63,970 nt of DNA, filler included, from Myxococcota bacterium (GCA_049322255.1; 3 parts of 3 records of this genome joined end to end with filler, not necessarily neighbours in it), one strand, 5' to 3'. Positions 38,861-48,986 are shown, counted from the first letter of the whole stretch. Numbers and translations: made by a program. The notes: generated by a model from the sequence alone, not told the origin.

Positions 38861-40816
38861 ATGAAGGGAAGGGTTGAGAGTTTCGTTGCAGCACTCGCTG
38901 CCGCTGCAACGGTGTGCTTGTTGGCCTGCCCGCGCTCGGTGCCGTATTGCGACTCTGACGAGGAGTGCCCGGGTTCGAGCGAGAAAACTCCAGCCGGCTC
39001 CTACTGCGATCGAGAACGCCGCGTCTGCGTGAAACGCCCATTTGATGGTGGCCCAACCGACGCAGGTGAGCACGGTGGAGAAATCGACGCGGGGACGGAG
39101 GACGCCGGAATCGTATCCGGAGTTTGCTCCCCATCGGGTTGGTGCTGGGAGAGTCCCGTTCCGATGTGGAACTACCACGTAGGCATTTGGGGTTCGTCTG
39201 AGTCTGACATCTGGGTGGTCGGCAGCACTGGTGTCATCGTGCATTGGGACGGAGAGCGCTGGGACCTGAGCGAAAGCGGAACCGTTGCGAGTCTGACCGA
39301 TGTCTGGGGGACGGGACCCAACGACGTTTGGGCGGTTGGAACACTCTTTCCTACATATGCTGCGGTCATCCTTCGATGGAATGGTGCCACTTGGTCTCAG
39401 ATGAACGCTGGGTCGCCGCAGGGTTTATTTGCGGTTTGGTCGAGTGGGCCCAACGTCGTATGGGTGGGAGGGCTTTTAGCGCCGCTGCACTGGAACGGTA
39501 GTTCTTGGTCCAGCCCAGCTTGGCCTGGCGGCACGACCACGATCTCATCGTTGTGGGGGAGTGGGCCCCAAAGCATTTGGGCCGCCGGTAGCGGGGGATT
39601 TCTAGCTCATTGGGACGGTGCGACGTGGACGACGACACCCTCCGGAACGACCGCGCACCTCAATTCCCTTTGGGGAAGCGGAGCAGACGACGTATGGGTC
39701 GTTGGAGAGAATGGCACGATGCTCCACTACGACGGAGTCGGGTGGGCGCCGGTGGCTGCGACCACCGAGACGCTGAACTCCGTTTGGGGTTCTGCCCGGA
39801 TGATGTTTGGGCTGTTGGCTCGACGGTCATCCATTGGGATGGAGTGGGTTGGAGCACGGTCGATTTTTCTCCTTTTCCTGTCAGCTCGGTCTTCATCGAC
39901 CGTCTAACCAGCATTTGGGGAAGCTCTTCAGGTGAGGTTTTGATGGTGGGCGCGCGGGGTATTCTTGGTGGCAAACCCGGTCAATGGCGGGTGCCGACGC
40001 AAGTCACCGAGGAGCATTTGGGCGCATCCTGGTTTGGGTCAGCCAGTGACATCTGGGTCGGTGGAACGAATGGAACGCTTATCCATTGGGACGGCATGAA
40101 GTGGTCGCCCACCGCGTCCGGAACGACTGAAGTCGTCACATCACTGTGGGGGAGCTCCTCGGACCAGGTGTGGGGCCGTTGGAACGAACGGGACCGTTGT
40201 TCACTGGGACGGAGCCTCTTGGTCGAGTGTTCCACCGGTTACTTCAAACACTCTCTGGCAAGTCTGGGGAACGGGCCCAACGAATGCCTGGGCTGTTGGG
40301 GCCTCAGGTACGGTGCTGCGATGGAATGGGACAGCATGGTCTTCGCTGCCCAGCGGTGTGAACGAAAACATCGATGCGGTTCATGGCAGCGGTCCGAACG
40401 ACGTTTGGTTGGTGGGGGCTCAGGGAACGACGCTCCGCTGGAATGGCAGCACGCTGAGTGTCGTCGCCAGCGGAACGAGCTCCGAGTTGAGGGGTGTCTG
40501 GGCATTCGCACCCAACGACGCGGTAGCGGTCGGTCAGGACATCATTCTCCGCTGGAACGGGACGCAGTGGAACGGCTCAGCGATGGGTTCGGGGAAGGTC
40601 TGGACCGACGTGTTCGGCACCAACACCAATGACATTTGGGTGCTTGGCCACAGTCAGTCAGAGGGGCGCTCCATTGTGCTTCGATGGAATGGTGTGCTCT
40701 GGAAGGAAACTGAGCTCCGAGCTTTTATGAACGCCTTCGGCAGCATCTCCGGTGACTCCACTGGCCCCCAAATCATCACCGGTGCCTTCGGCAGCATCCT
40801 TCGTCGCCGGCCCTGA
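38861..40816 (+). pseudogene. Trp-rich repeat (beta-propeller-like) lipoprotein split by two 1-nt indels (pseudogene or sequencing error)
   Basis: Repeats L..VWG.....VWAVG..G.I..WDG..W continue across frames; missing C near 39795, extra G near 40172. Confidence 0.75.
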
Positions 40817-41836
40817 ATGGCTACCTCCGAGGCGGTGGAGCTGACGGTTGCCGACCGCCTGGTGCGGGTGAGCAATCCCTCCAAGGTCTTCTTCCCTGAG
40901 CTGGGCTTCACCAAGCTGGACTTGGTGCAGTACTACCTCTCGGTGGCGGAAGGCGCCTTGCGCGGGGTGCGCGGCCGGCCGATGGCGCTCAAACGCTTTC
41001 CTCACGGCGCCACCGGCGAGTTCTTCTTCCAAAAACGCGCACCCACCCCGCGCCCGGAGTGGATCCGCACGGTGCAGCTGCGCTTCCCTTCGGGCCGTAC
41101 CGCCGACGAGGTGGTGGTGGAAGACGCCGCGGCCCTCGCCTGGGTCATCAACTTGGGCTGCTTGGATCTCAACCCCCATCCGGTGCGCGCCGACGACCTC
41201 GAGCACCCCGACGAGCTCCGCGTCGACTTGGATCCAAACCCCGGCGTGCCGTTCTCCCAAGTCCGGGAGGTGGCGCTCGTGGTGCGCGAGGTCTTGCACG
41301 AGCACAAGCTGGTGGGCTTTCCCAAAACCTCGGGCTCACGCGGGCTGCACATCTACGTCCGGCTGGCACGGGAGTGGACGTTCACCCAGGTCCGCCGCGC
41401 CGCGCTGGCGCTGGCCCGCGAGGTGGAGCGTCGGGCGCCCTCCCTCGCCACCAGCAAATGGTGGAAGGAGGAACGCCACGGCGTCTTCCTCGACTACAAC
41501 CAAAACGCCAAGGACCGCACAGTCGCCTCTGCCTACTCGGTACGCCCCACCCCTGATGCGCGGGTCTCCGCTCCGCTCACCTGGGAGGAGGTACCGCTCG
41601 CCGAGCTGGGCGACTTCACCGTGCGCACGGTGCCCCGACGCTTCGCCACCCTTGGCGACGCAGGAGCGGGCATCGACGCCCAAGCCTTCCGGCTGGACTC
41701 CTTGCTCGAGCTCTCGGCGCAACAGGAGGCCGAAGGACAAGGCGATGCGCCCTGGCCGCCGCACTACGAGAAGGCAGACGGAGAACCGCCTCGGGTGCAA
41801 CCTTCCCGGCGGCGCAAGGGACCCAAGGAAGACTGA
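40817..41836 (+). CDS. Stand-alone LigD-Pol/Prim-PolC-like primase-polymerase
   Basis: SNPSKV, FFQKRAP, RVDLDP, KTSGSRGLH, DYNQN, SAYSVR, C-terminal WPPHY.K..GEPPRVQPS. Confidence 0.9.
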   Translation: MATSEAVELTVADRLVRVSNPSKVFFPELGFTKLDLVQYYLSVAEGALRGVRGRPMALKRFPHGATGEFFFQKRAPTPRPEWIRTVQLRFPSGRTADEVVVEDAAALAWVINLGCLDLNPHPVRADDLEHPDELRVDLDPNPGVPFSQVREVALVVREVLHEHKLVGFPKTSGSRGLHIYVRLAREWTFTQVRRAALALAREVERRAPSLATSKWWKEERHGVFLDYNQNAKDRTVASAYSVRPTPDARVSAPLTWEEVPLAELGDFTVRTVPRRFATLGDAGAGIDAQAFRLDSLLELSAQQEAEGQGDAPWPPHYEKADGEPPRVQPSRRRKGPKED

Positions 41837-42331
41837 TTGACGCACTCCGACGACCCGCTCGCCCGCGCCCTATTGGCCTACCTCGAGGCAAACGCCTCCG
41901 CTCCCCGTGAGACTGCCCCCGTCCTGCATGCGGCGCTCCTGCGCTTGTGCGACCAAGGAGCGCTTCGAGGAGGGGTGTCGGTGGCGCTCGATGTCACTCC
42001 TGACGAGCTGGTGGGGCCGCTTTGCCACGCGCTGGGCGGCAAGGCCACCCGCCTCAAAGTGACCGACGTTCGGGGAAAGCAACCGTGGGAGCTGTCCGTC
42101 TCCTACGAAGGTGCCGAAGAGCGCTGGGAGCTCGAGGGCAACACCGCGCTGGTAGATCACTTGAACGACCTCTTTCGCTCCGAGCCGCGGGTACGCGTCT
42201 GCGCGGTGCTCGGCGAATGGGAAGACATGCTTCAGCTGTGGTGCGTGGAGAAGAAGAAGCTGGGCGCGCTGCTCGAGAAGAAGTTCTTTCTCCCGAGAAA
42301 CCGCGCCCAGCTCGCATCGCTCGTCGCTTAG
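41837..42331 (+). CDS. Hypothetical protein
   Basis: Abuts the upstream stop; coding-like codon bias. Confidence 0.6.
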   Translation: MTHSDDPLARALLAYLEANASAPRETAPVLHAALLRLCDQGALRGGVSVALDVTPDELVGPLCHALGGKATRLKVTDVRGKQPWELSVSYEGAEERWELEGNTALVDHLNDLFRSEPRVRVCAVLGEWEDMLQLWCVEKKKLGALLEKKFFLPRNRAQLASLVA

Positions 42332-42756
42332 GCGTGCACCTCGCGTTGCACCACTTTACGCATGGTGTCGCTCACCCGCGCCGCTTCCTCCACGTCGGCG
42401 ATGTCCGAGAGGCTGATGACGCCCTTGAGCTTCCCCTCCTCGTCGACCACCAGAATGCGCGACTTCTGGTACTTGCCCATCAGCTCCTCTGCGCGGCGGA
42501 CGTCGTCCTGAGGACGGCAGGCAACCACCTCGCGGGTCATCAGCTCGTTCGCCCTCTTGCTCGCGGCGTCACAGGCGTCGGCCACGCAGCGAAGGACGAT
42601 GTCCCGATCGGTGAGCGTCCCCAGCACTTTGTCGTTGCTGTCGCAAATGGGCAAAAAGCCAATGTTGGCGTCGCGCATCTTCTTCGCCGCCGTCTGCACC
42701 GAGTCTTGTGGGCCCAAGCACTCGACGTCGCGCTTCATGATTTCTTGGCATTGCAT
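42328..42756 (-). CDS. CBS-domain protein
   Basis: IGFLPIC, GTLTDRDI, GVISLSDI; GGAGG SD. Confidence 0.92.
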   Translation of the reverse strand: MQCQEIMKRDVECLGPQDSVQTAAKKMRDANIGFLPICDSNDKVLGTLTDRDIVLRCVADACDAASKRANELMTREVVACRPQDDVRRAEELMGKYQKSRILVVDEEGKLKGVISLSDIADVEEAARVSDTMRKVVQREVHA

Positions 42757-42807
42757 CGAAACCTCCCGGCTCGCGTTTCAAAAAAAGTGCGCATCTTTCT
42801 TCAAGGC

Positions 42808-43017
42808 ATGCTCTCAGCGCACACCAGGTCGCTCGTCCAGCGGGTGCTCGCTCAACCGCTCTCCACGCAGCTGGGCATCTTGCGGGTCGTGGCCCCGCCC
42901 ATCTTGCGGCAGCTCGATCGCCCGCGCAGGGCAGGTTTTTTGCGCGACCTGAACGCCGAGCTCGACAGCGCCGAGGAGGAGGCAGACGTGCCTTCCCGCG
43001 CGGAGCCGCCCGCGTGA
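42808..43017 (+). CDS. Small hypothetical protein (69 aa)
   Basis: ATG 42808; stop overlaps the next start (GTGA). Confidence 0.45.
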   Translation: MLSAHTRSLVQRVLAQPLSTQLGILRVVAPPILRQLDRPRRAGFLRDLNAELDSAEEEADVPSRAEPPA

Positions 43018-43685
43018 ACGGGCGCCTGTACAAAGACCGCAGGTCGGCGGGCGAGGCGCTGGCACCTCTGCTGTCGCGCTACGCGAATCGCCATGACGTG
43101 CTGGTGCTGGGGCTGCCTCGGGGTGGAATTCCGGTCGCCGCCTCGGTCGCCCAGCGCCTGGGCGCGCCGATGGATGTCCTCATGGTGCGCAAAATCGGAG
43201 TGCCCGGTCACCGCGATTTGGCGATGGGAGCGGTGGCCACCGGAGACGTGGTGGTGGTGGACGAGGAGCTCCTCGAGGTGCTGGCGCTCCCCCGTGAACG
43301 TTTCGAAGAGGTGTTGGCCCACGAGCGCGCCGAGCTGGCCCGCCGCGAGCGCGTCTATCGCCAAGACCGTCCCCGGCCCCGCTTCGACGGCAAGGTGCTC
43401 ATCCTCGTCGATGACGGATTGGCCACCGGCTCCACCATGCGGGCGGCGGTGGCAGCGGTCAAACGCGCCCATCCCAGCCGGGTGGTGGTGGCAGTTCCAG
43501 TCGCGCCACCAGCCACCGCCGCGTTGCTCGCCAACGAGGCCGACGAGGTCGTCTGCCCCTGCACCCCCGAGCCGTTCTACGCGGTTGGGCTCTGGTACGA
43601 GGACTTTCCCCAGGTGAGCGACGACGAGGTGCGCGCGCTGCTCATGCACGGCATGCCGCTCCAGGAGCACCCGCAAGCTCCATGA
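43014..43685 (+). CDS. Phosphoribosyltransferase (Rv0571c-N-like)
   Basis: LGLPRGG, RKIGVPG, VDDGLATGST, AVGLWYEDF. Confidence 0.9.
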   Translation: MNGRLYKDRRSAGEALAPLLSRYANRHDVLVLGLPRGGIPVAASVAQRLGAPMDVLMVRKIGVPGHRDLAMGAVATGDVVVVDEELLEVLALPRERFEEVLAHERAELARRERVYRQDRPRPRFDGKVLILVDDGLATGSTMRAAVAAVKRAHPSRVVVAVPVAPPATAALLANEADEVVCPCTPEPFYAVGLWYEDFPQVSDDEVRALLMHGMPLQEHPQAP

Positions 43686-43702
43686 GCCCAAGGAGGTCGA
43701 CG

Positions 43703-44392
43703 ATGAACACCGATGGCCAAGTCTCGATTCGAGCCGGGAAAATCACCCTGGAGGGAAACCTCACCGTGCCGCAAGGAGCGCGGGCGCTGGTGCTGTTTGC
43801 CCACGGCAGCGGCAGCAGCCGCCACAGCCCGCGAAACCGCCGCGTGGCGGCGCAGCTCAACGAGCGAGGGCTGGCCACCTTGCTGTTCGACCTGCTCACG
43901 CGCGAAGAGGAGGAGGTCGACCTGCGCACCGCCGAGTACCGCTTCGACATCGACCTTTTGGCACAGCGGCTGGGACAGGCCACCGACTGGTTGGGCGGCG
44001 TGCCCGCCCTCGCGGCCCTGGCGCCCTGTTACTTCGGCTCGAGCACCGGCGCGGCGGCTGCGCTCATCGCCGCTGCCCAAAGACCCGAACGCATCGCTGC
44101 GGTGGTGTCCAGAGGCGGTCGGCCCGACCTTGCCGGTCCGGCGCTGAGCCAGGTGCGCGCGCCCACCTTGCTCATCGTCGGCGGAGCGGACGAAGCGGTG
44201 CTCGAGCTCAACCGGCGCGCCCTCACCCACCTGCACGCGGAGGCGAAGCTGGAGGTGGTGCCCCAAGCCACCCACCTCTTCGAAGAGCCCGGCGCTCTCG
44301 ACCAGGTGGCCAACCTCGCCGCCGAGTGGTTCGTGCAGCACTCCGCGGCCGCCGAGGAAACCCCCTCTCCCCCCGGGAGAGGGATGGGGTGA
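43703..44392 (+). CDS. Dienelactone hydrolase-family alpha/beta hydrolase
   Basis: FAHGSGSSRHSPRN, YFGSSTG, SRGGRPDLA, HLFEEPG; AGGAGG SD. Confidence 0.9.
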   Translation: MNTDGQVSIRAGKITLEGNLTVPQGARALVLFAHGSGSSRHSPRNRRVAAQLNERGLATLLFDLLTREEEEVDLRTAEYRFDIDLLAQRLGQATDWLGGVPALAALAPCYFGSSTGAAAALIAAAQRPERIAAVVSRGGRPDLAGPALSQVRAPTLLIVGGADEAVLELNRRALTHLHAEAKLEVVPQATHLFEEPGALDQVANLAAEWFVQHSAAAEETPSPPGRGMG

Positions 44393-44395
44393 GGG
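44361..44395. repeat. REP-like palindromic repeat, copy 2
   Basis: CCCCCTCTCCCCCCGGGAGAGGGATGGGGTGAGGG. Confidence 0.8.
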
Positions 44396-44462
44396 AACCA
44401 GCAGCGCACTCCCATCGGCCTCGTTACACTTGGCGCCGCTCATGGACAGCGCTCATGCGCAG

Positions 44463-45626
44463 ATGCCCTTCCTTCTCCTCGTGCGGGGCCTCTTCTTGGT
44501 GTTGGCGATGGTGGGCGCGGTGGTGGGGCTGCACTACTACATCGGCGTGCGTCTCATTGCGGGTGTTGGGCTGACCGGCTGGCCGCGCTCGCTGGCATGG
44601 GCGATGGTGTGGGGGCTGTTCTTCTCCATTCCCTTGGGTTTTGCCGCCACCCGGCTGTTTCCCCGTCCGGTCGCCCGGGCGATGAGCTGGGTGTCGCACC
44701 TCTGGCTGGGCGCGTTCGGCTTGCTCCTCGTCGCGATGGCCGCGTCGGAGGTGTTGGTGCTGCTGCTCCGGCCATTTTTCGAAGGTGCACCGGTGCGTGC
44801 GTACCAGTCGGCGGGAGTGCTCGCGGCGGTGGTGCCTGCGCTGGGGCTCGGCTTCTTCACCGCGCGGAGCAAGGCGAAGGTGGAGCGCGTCACCGTTTCC
44901 CTCGCCGGCCTGGGGCCCCAGCTCGAGGGTTTGCGCATCGTGCAGGTGAGTGATGTGCACATCGGCGAGACGCTCGATGGCGCCTTCCTGCGCCGGGTGG
45001 TGGAGCAGGTGAACGCGCTGGATGCAGACGTGGTGGCCATCACCGGCGACTTGGTGGATGGCTCGGTGCGAAACCTGCGCTCGGAGGTGGCGGTGCTCGC
45101 CGAGCTGAAGGCGCGCTGGGGCGTCTACTTCGTCACCGGCAACCACGAGTACTACCACGGAGGTCCGGCCTGGGAGGCGGAGCTGCGGCGGCTGGGGGTG
45201 GTGGTGCTGCACAACGAGCATCGGGTGCTGACGCGTGGCGGCGACCGGTTGGTGTTGGCGGGGGTCACCGACTATGACGCCGGGCAATTCGGTGAAGCGC
45301 ATGCCTCGCGCCCCGACCTCGCCCTGGCGGGCGCTCCTTCGGGGGTGCCCCGGGTGCTCCTCGCGCACCAGCCGCGCAGCGCGCGCGCCGCTGCCGCGCA
45401 TCAGGTCGACCTGCAGCTGTCCGGGCACACCCATGGAGGCCAGATGTTTCCTTGGATGTACTTCGTTCGCCTCCAGCAACCCGTCATCAGCGGCCTGGCC
45501 ACCCTGCATGGTGTCACCGTCTACACCAGCCGGGGCACCGGCTATTGGGGTCCGCCCATTCGTCTCGGCCCCACCCCCGAAATCACCGAGCTCACCCTGA
45601 CGCGAAAAATGAGCCCGCCCTCGTAG
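44463..45626 (+). CDS. Membrane-anchored metallophosphoesterase (YkuE/YaeI-like); start uncertain
   Basis: SDVH, TGDLVD, GNHE, LAHQP, GHTHGGQ. Confidence 0.9.
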   Translation: MPFLLLVRGLFLVLAMVGAVVGLHYYIGVRLIAGVGLTGWPRSLAWAMVWGLFFSIPLGFAATRLFPRPVARAMSWVSHLWLGAFGLLLVAMAASEVLVLLLRPFFEGAPVRAYQSAGVLAAVVPALGLGFFTARSKAKVERVTVSLAGLGPQLEGLRIVQVSDVHIGETLDGAFLRRVVEQVNALDADVVAITGDLVDGSVRNLRSEVAVLAELKARWGVYFVTGNHEYYHGGPAWEAELRRLGVVVLHNEHRVLTRGGDRLVLAGVTDYDAGQFGEAHASRPDLALAGAPSGVPRVLLAHQPRSARAAAAHQVDLQLSGHTHGGQMFPWMYFVRLQQPVISGLATLHGVTVYTSRGTGYWGPPIRLGPTPEITELTLTRKMSPPS

Positions 45627-45659
45627 AGGTGCTCGCCTTTCGACCGCAGCGCTCGAGCA

Positions 45660-46466
45660 TCACCCGGCATCGTCTCTCGATGCCCCGCGCCTGGCGCTCG
45701 CCGGCTCCTCGGGCACGACGGGCGGTCGGCTCACCGCGTCGCTGGGGTACGACTTGGCTGCCTCGAGGTAGCTCTTGGCCTTCAAGCGCCGCCGTTTGGC
45801 CGGAGAGAGACCCACGGGAGCGATGAGCTCCGGCTCCTGGCCGCGGACCGCGGTGACCTTGGCTCCGTCACAGAACAGGTAGCGGGTGACTCCCTCCTTG
45901 TCTTGGAACGCGAAGTAGATGTGCGCTTTGCGAGCGTTGCCGCAGCCCTGCCGTGCCGATTCTTGCTGCCGAGGTCGTTCACGCCGCCACGCCTCGAACG
46001 CCGCGCGCGCGCGTACGAATTCCACCCACTGCGGCGCATCCTCCAGGCGGGTGCGAGCTTCGCTGACGTATTGGCTTCCGCGCTCCACCAGAATGGGGAA
46101 GGCGCGCTGGGTGTAAAAGCCGCAGCGGGCGACCGCCTCGAGGTTCTTCTGGTGGGCATCGAGCACCGGCGGCAACGAGCCCACCGCTTCCTCCACCAGG
46201 GAAATTTGCTCGCGTGTCCAGTGCTGCTCTTCGTTCATCTCGGTGGCGCGCAAGAAGCGGTCGAGCAAGCCGTTGATGCTGGCCAACTCGTCGAAGAGCC
46301 ACTGAGGCTCGGCGGTGCAGATGCTCACCTTCGAGGCGCCGTAGTCCCTGAAGGAAGCTCGCGACAGACCCAACCCGTACGACTGCGGAGGCGGCGGCCG
46401 CTCACGTCGGATGCACCCGAAAAAGGCCAGCAGGACGAGGGCCGCGACGGCACGAATCGTCTGCAT
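45660..46466 (-). CDS. Hypothetical lipoprotein
   Basis: Signal ending FFGC; coding-like codon bias. Confidence 0.65.
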   Translation of the reverse strand: MQTIRAVAALVLLAFFGCIRRERPPPPQSYGLGLSRASFRDYGASKVSICTAEPQWLFDELASINGLLDRFLRATEMNEEQHWTREQISLVEEAVGSLPPVLDAHQKNLEAVARCGFYTQRAFPILVERGSQYVSEARTRLEDAPQWVEFVRARAAFEAWRRERPRQQESARQGCGNARKAHIYFAFQDKEGVTRYLFCDGAKVTAVRGQEPELIAPVGLSPAKRRRLKAKSYLEAAKSYPSDAVSRPPVVPEEPASARRGASRDDAG

Positions 46467-46540
46467 GACAGGGAGACTACCACGCGGGCTGTCTCGGGTG
46501 ATTCAGGCGCCCCGGGGCCCTTCGGAAGTCGGCCCCTGGG

Positions 46541-46972
46541 TCAGCTGCGGGGCAGGTCGGTCTTCTTCCCGGCGCTCTTCCAGCCCATGATGCCCACGGG
46601 GAGCACCGCCACGTCCTGGTAGCCGGCCTCGAGGGCGCGCTCGGCGGCGTTCTTGGCCGAGGAGCACTTCTCGTTGGCGCAGTAGAAGACGAGCTTCGTC
46701 TCCTTCGCTGCCGGCAGCTCCTTGGCGGGGTCGTATTTCACCGCCGAGGTGAGCAAGATGGCGCCGGGGATGACGCCGTGCTTGGCGCGCGTCTTCTCGC
46801 CGTTGGCGTCCACGGTGGAAGCCTTCTTCTCTTGTTGCAGCAAGGCCAGCTGTTCGACGGTGAGGGTCTGCACCGCCGGCTGGTGGGCCTGGTGCTCTCC
46901 TTCGCAGGCCAAGGCGGCGGCGGGGACGGCGAGGGCCAAAGCGGCGGTCAAGGACAGGGTGAGGCGCTTCAT
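46541..46972 (-). CDS. Exported rhodanese-like protein
   Basis: Signal peptide; VDAN, IPGA, VFYCANEKC, GIMGW. Confidence 0.85.
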   Translation of the reverse strand: MKRLTLSLTAALALAVPAAALACEGEHQAHQPAVQTLTVEQLALLQQEKKASTVDANGEKTRAKHGVIPGAILLTSAVKYDPAKELPAAKETKLVFYCANEKCSSAKNAAERALEAGYQDVAVLPVGIMGWKSAGKKTDLPRS

Positions 46973-47970
46973 CGGGTTCTCCTGGGTGGGTGGTGGCGTG
47001 CCGCAAAGATGCTCGACGGCCGTCCGGGTTTCAACCTTCGCGGGCGGACAATGTTGGCCGCGGCCAACAGGGCTTGGACCATGGAGGTGGGGTCTGCCCG
47101 GCCCTTCCCCGCAAGAGCGTAAGCCACCCCGTGGTCGGGCGAGGTGCGCGGCACTGGCAGCCCCAGAGTGACGTTCACCGTGTGAGCGAAGTCGAGCGCC
47201 TTGGCCGCCACCAGCCCCTGGTCGTGGTACATCGCCAGCACCGCGTCGTAGGGAAGCGTTCCCACCTGCGCGAACAGCCCGTCGGCGGCGAAGGGCCCCT
47301 CGCAGCGGACACCGGCGCGGCGGGCGGCAGCGAGAGCGGGAGCGATGAGGGTGCGTTCTTCCGTACCCAGGAGGCCTCCCTCTCCTGCATGTGGGTTGAG
47401 GCCGCACACCGCCAGGCGAGGGCGTCGCCCCAGGCGTATCGCAAGGGAGCGGGAGAGGAGGAGAAGCTGGGCCGTGAGCTTCGCCGACGTCAGCGTGCGC
47501 GGCACCTCGGCCAGGGGCAGGTGGTGGGTAGCGAGCGCGACTTTGAGGCGGGGGCCGTCCATCAGCATCAGCACCTCGGCGCCGAAGGCCTGGGCGAGCA
47601 GCTCGGTGTGGCCCCGGAAGGGAAAGCCTGCGCGGGTGATTTGCTCCTTGGACACCGGCGCGGTGCACAAGGCGTCGCACAGGCCTTCCTGAGCGGCAGC
47701 CACCGCTGCTTGCACGTAGCGCAGCTGGGCCGCCCCTCCTGCCTTCGTCGGGCGCCCCGGGCGGCGGTCGGATGGGGGAAGGGAGGTGACTTCCACCAGC
47801 TCCGCTCCGATGCCTTTGAGCTTGGGGGCGAGCGAAGCGTCGCCGAAGACCACGGGGACGAGGGCGCGGCGGATGCGGGGCTTTCTCAGCGCGGCGCAGA
47901 GCACCTCGGGGCCGATGCCCGAGGGGTCGCCCATGCTGATGGCGATGCGCGGCAGTCCACGGCGGGCCAT
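46969..47970 (-). CDS. pdxA: 4-hydroxythreonine-4-phosphate dehydrogenase
   Basis: GDPSGIGPE, GHTE, LNPHAGE, MYHDQG, RTSPDHG. Confidence 0.96.
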   Translation of the reverse strand: MARRGLPRIAISMGDPSGIGPEVLCAALRKPRIRRALVPVVFGDASLAPKLKGIGAELVEVTSLPPSDRRPGRPTKAGGAAQLRYVQAAVAAAQEGLCDALCTAPVSKEQITRAGFPFRGHTELLAQAFGAEVLMLMDGPRLKVALATHHLPLAEVPRTLTSAKLTAQLLLLSRSLAIRLGRRPRLAVCGLNPHAGEGGLLGTEERTLIAPALAAARRAGVRCEGPFAADGLFAQVGTLPYDAVLAMYHDQGLVAAKALDFAHTVNVTLGLPVPRTSPDHGVAYALAGKGRADPTSMVQALLAAANIVRPRRLKPGRPSSIFAARHHPPRRTR

Positions 47971-47971
47971 A

Positions 47972-48973
47972 TCAACGGCTGGCGGGCCGACCCTCGAGCT
48001 TGATGTCGATGACCGCGTCCTTCTTCAGCTCTTGGATGTACTGCTCGGTGTACTTCTCCAGCTGGGTGCGGGTGAGCCGCTCGCGCAGCTGGTCCTTCAC
48101 CTCGTCGAAGGGCTTGGGGGGAATGGCGCGGCGCTCGACCACCTTGATGACGTGCCAGCCGAACTTGGTGCGCACCGGCACGGAGACTCCTCCCTCCGGC
48201 AAGGAGAAGGCCACCTTCTCGAACTCGGGCACCATCACCCCGCGGCGGAAGAAGCCCAAGTCGCCGCCGTCTGCCTTCGAGGGGCCTTCGCTCTTCTGCT
48301 TGGCGAGCTCGGCGAAGTCCACTCCCGGGCGCTTGGCTTCCTCGGCGAGGGTGAGCGCCTTTTGCCGCCCCGCCTCCACCTGCTCGGGGCTGGCCTGCGC
48401 CGGCAACTGCACCAGGAGGTGGCGGGCGTGCACCTCGACCTCTTCTGCTTCCAAGCGTGCGTAGCGGTTGTACTCGGCCTTCAAGTCCTCGTCGGAGACC
48501 TTCACCTTGCTGCGCACCTTCAAGTTGACCAGCTTGAGCTTGGCCAGGTGCTTCTTCATGAACTGACGGTACGAGGTCAGCGAGTACCCTTCCGTGCGCA
48601 AGAGGTTCTCGAACTGCTCCCCGTCGAGGTGATTTTGCCGCTTGACGTCCTCGATGCCCAAGTCGACTTCCTGCTCGGTGACGTCAATCTGCAGCTCTTT
48701 GAGCTGCGCCTCGAGCAGCTTGTCGCCGATGAGCTGGTCGAGAGCACCATGCAGCGCTTGCTGCCGCAAGGTGTTGCGCTGGCCGGGGTCGCGTTCGGCG
48801 GCCGCGCGGGCCAACTCGGGTGCGGCGCGCTGCTGCACTTCGGACAGGGCGATGATGTCGTCGTTCACCACCGCCGCCACCCGGTCGATCAGCTCGGCCG
48901 AGGCCTCGGTCGCAGCCAGGGCGCACCCCAGCAAAACGCCCAGCGAAAGAGTCGGTTTCATCGGCCCGCTCAT
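47972..48973 (-). CDS. surA: SurA-like chaperone/PPIase
   Basis: DRVAAVVN, parvulin GGDLGFF, FGWHVIKV; directly upstream of pdxA. Confidence 0.85.
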   Translation of the reverse strand: MSGPMKPTLSLGVLLGCALAATEASAELIDRVAAVVNDDIIALSEVQQRAAPELARAAAERDPGQRNTLRQQALHGALDQLIGDKLLEAQLKELQIDVTEQEVDLGIEDVKRQNHLDGEQFENLLRTEGYSLTSYRQFMKKHLAKLKLVNLKVRSKVKVSDEDLKAEYNRYARLEAEEVEVHARHLLVQLPAQASPEQVEAGRQKALTLAEEAKRPGVDFAELAKQKSEGPSKADGGDLGFFRRGVMVPEFEKVAFSLPEGGVSVPVRTKFGWHVIKVVERRAIPPKPFDEVKDQLRERLTRTQLEKYTEQYIQELKKDAVIDIKLEGRPASR

Positions 48974-48986
48974 ACTTCACTTTCTT

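Noticed and set aside
37848..40816. Repeats as a possible CRISPR array or DGR template/variable pair
   Set aside because: Repeats are in-frame, degenerate protein repeats; no spacers, cas genes or reverse transcriptase present
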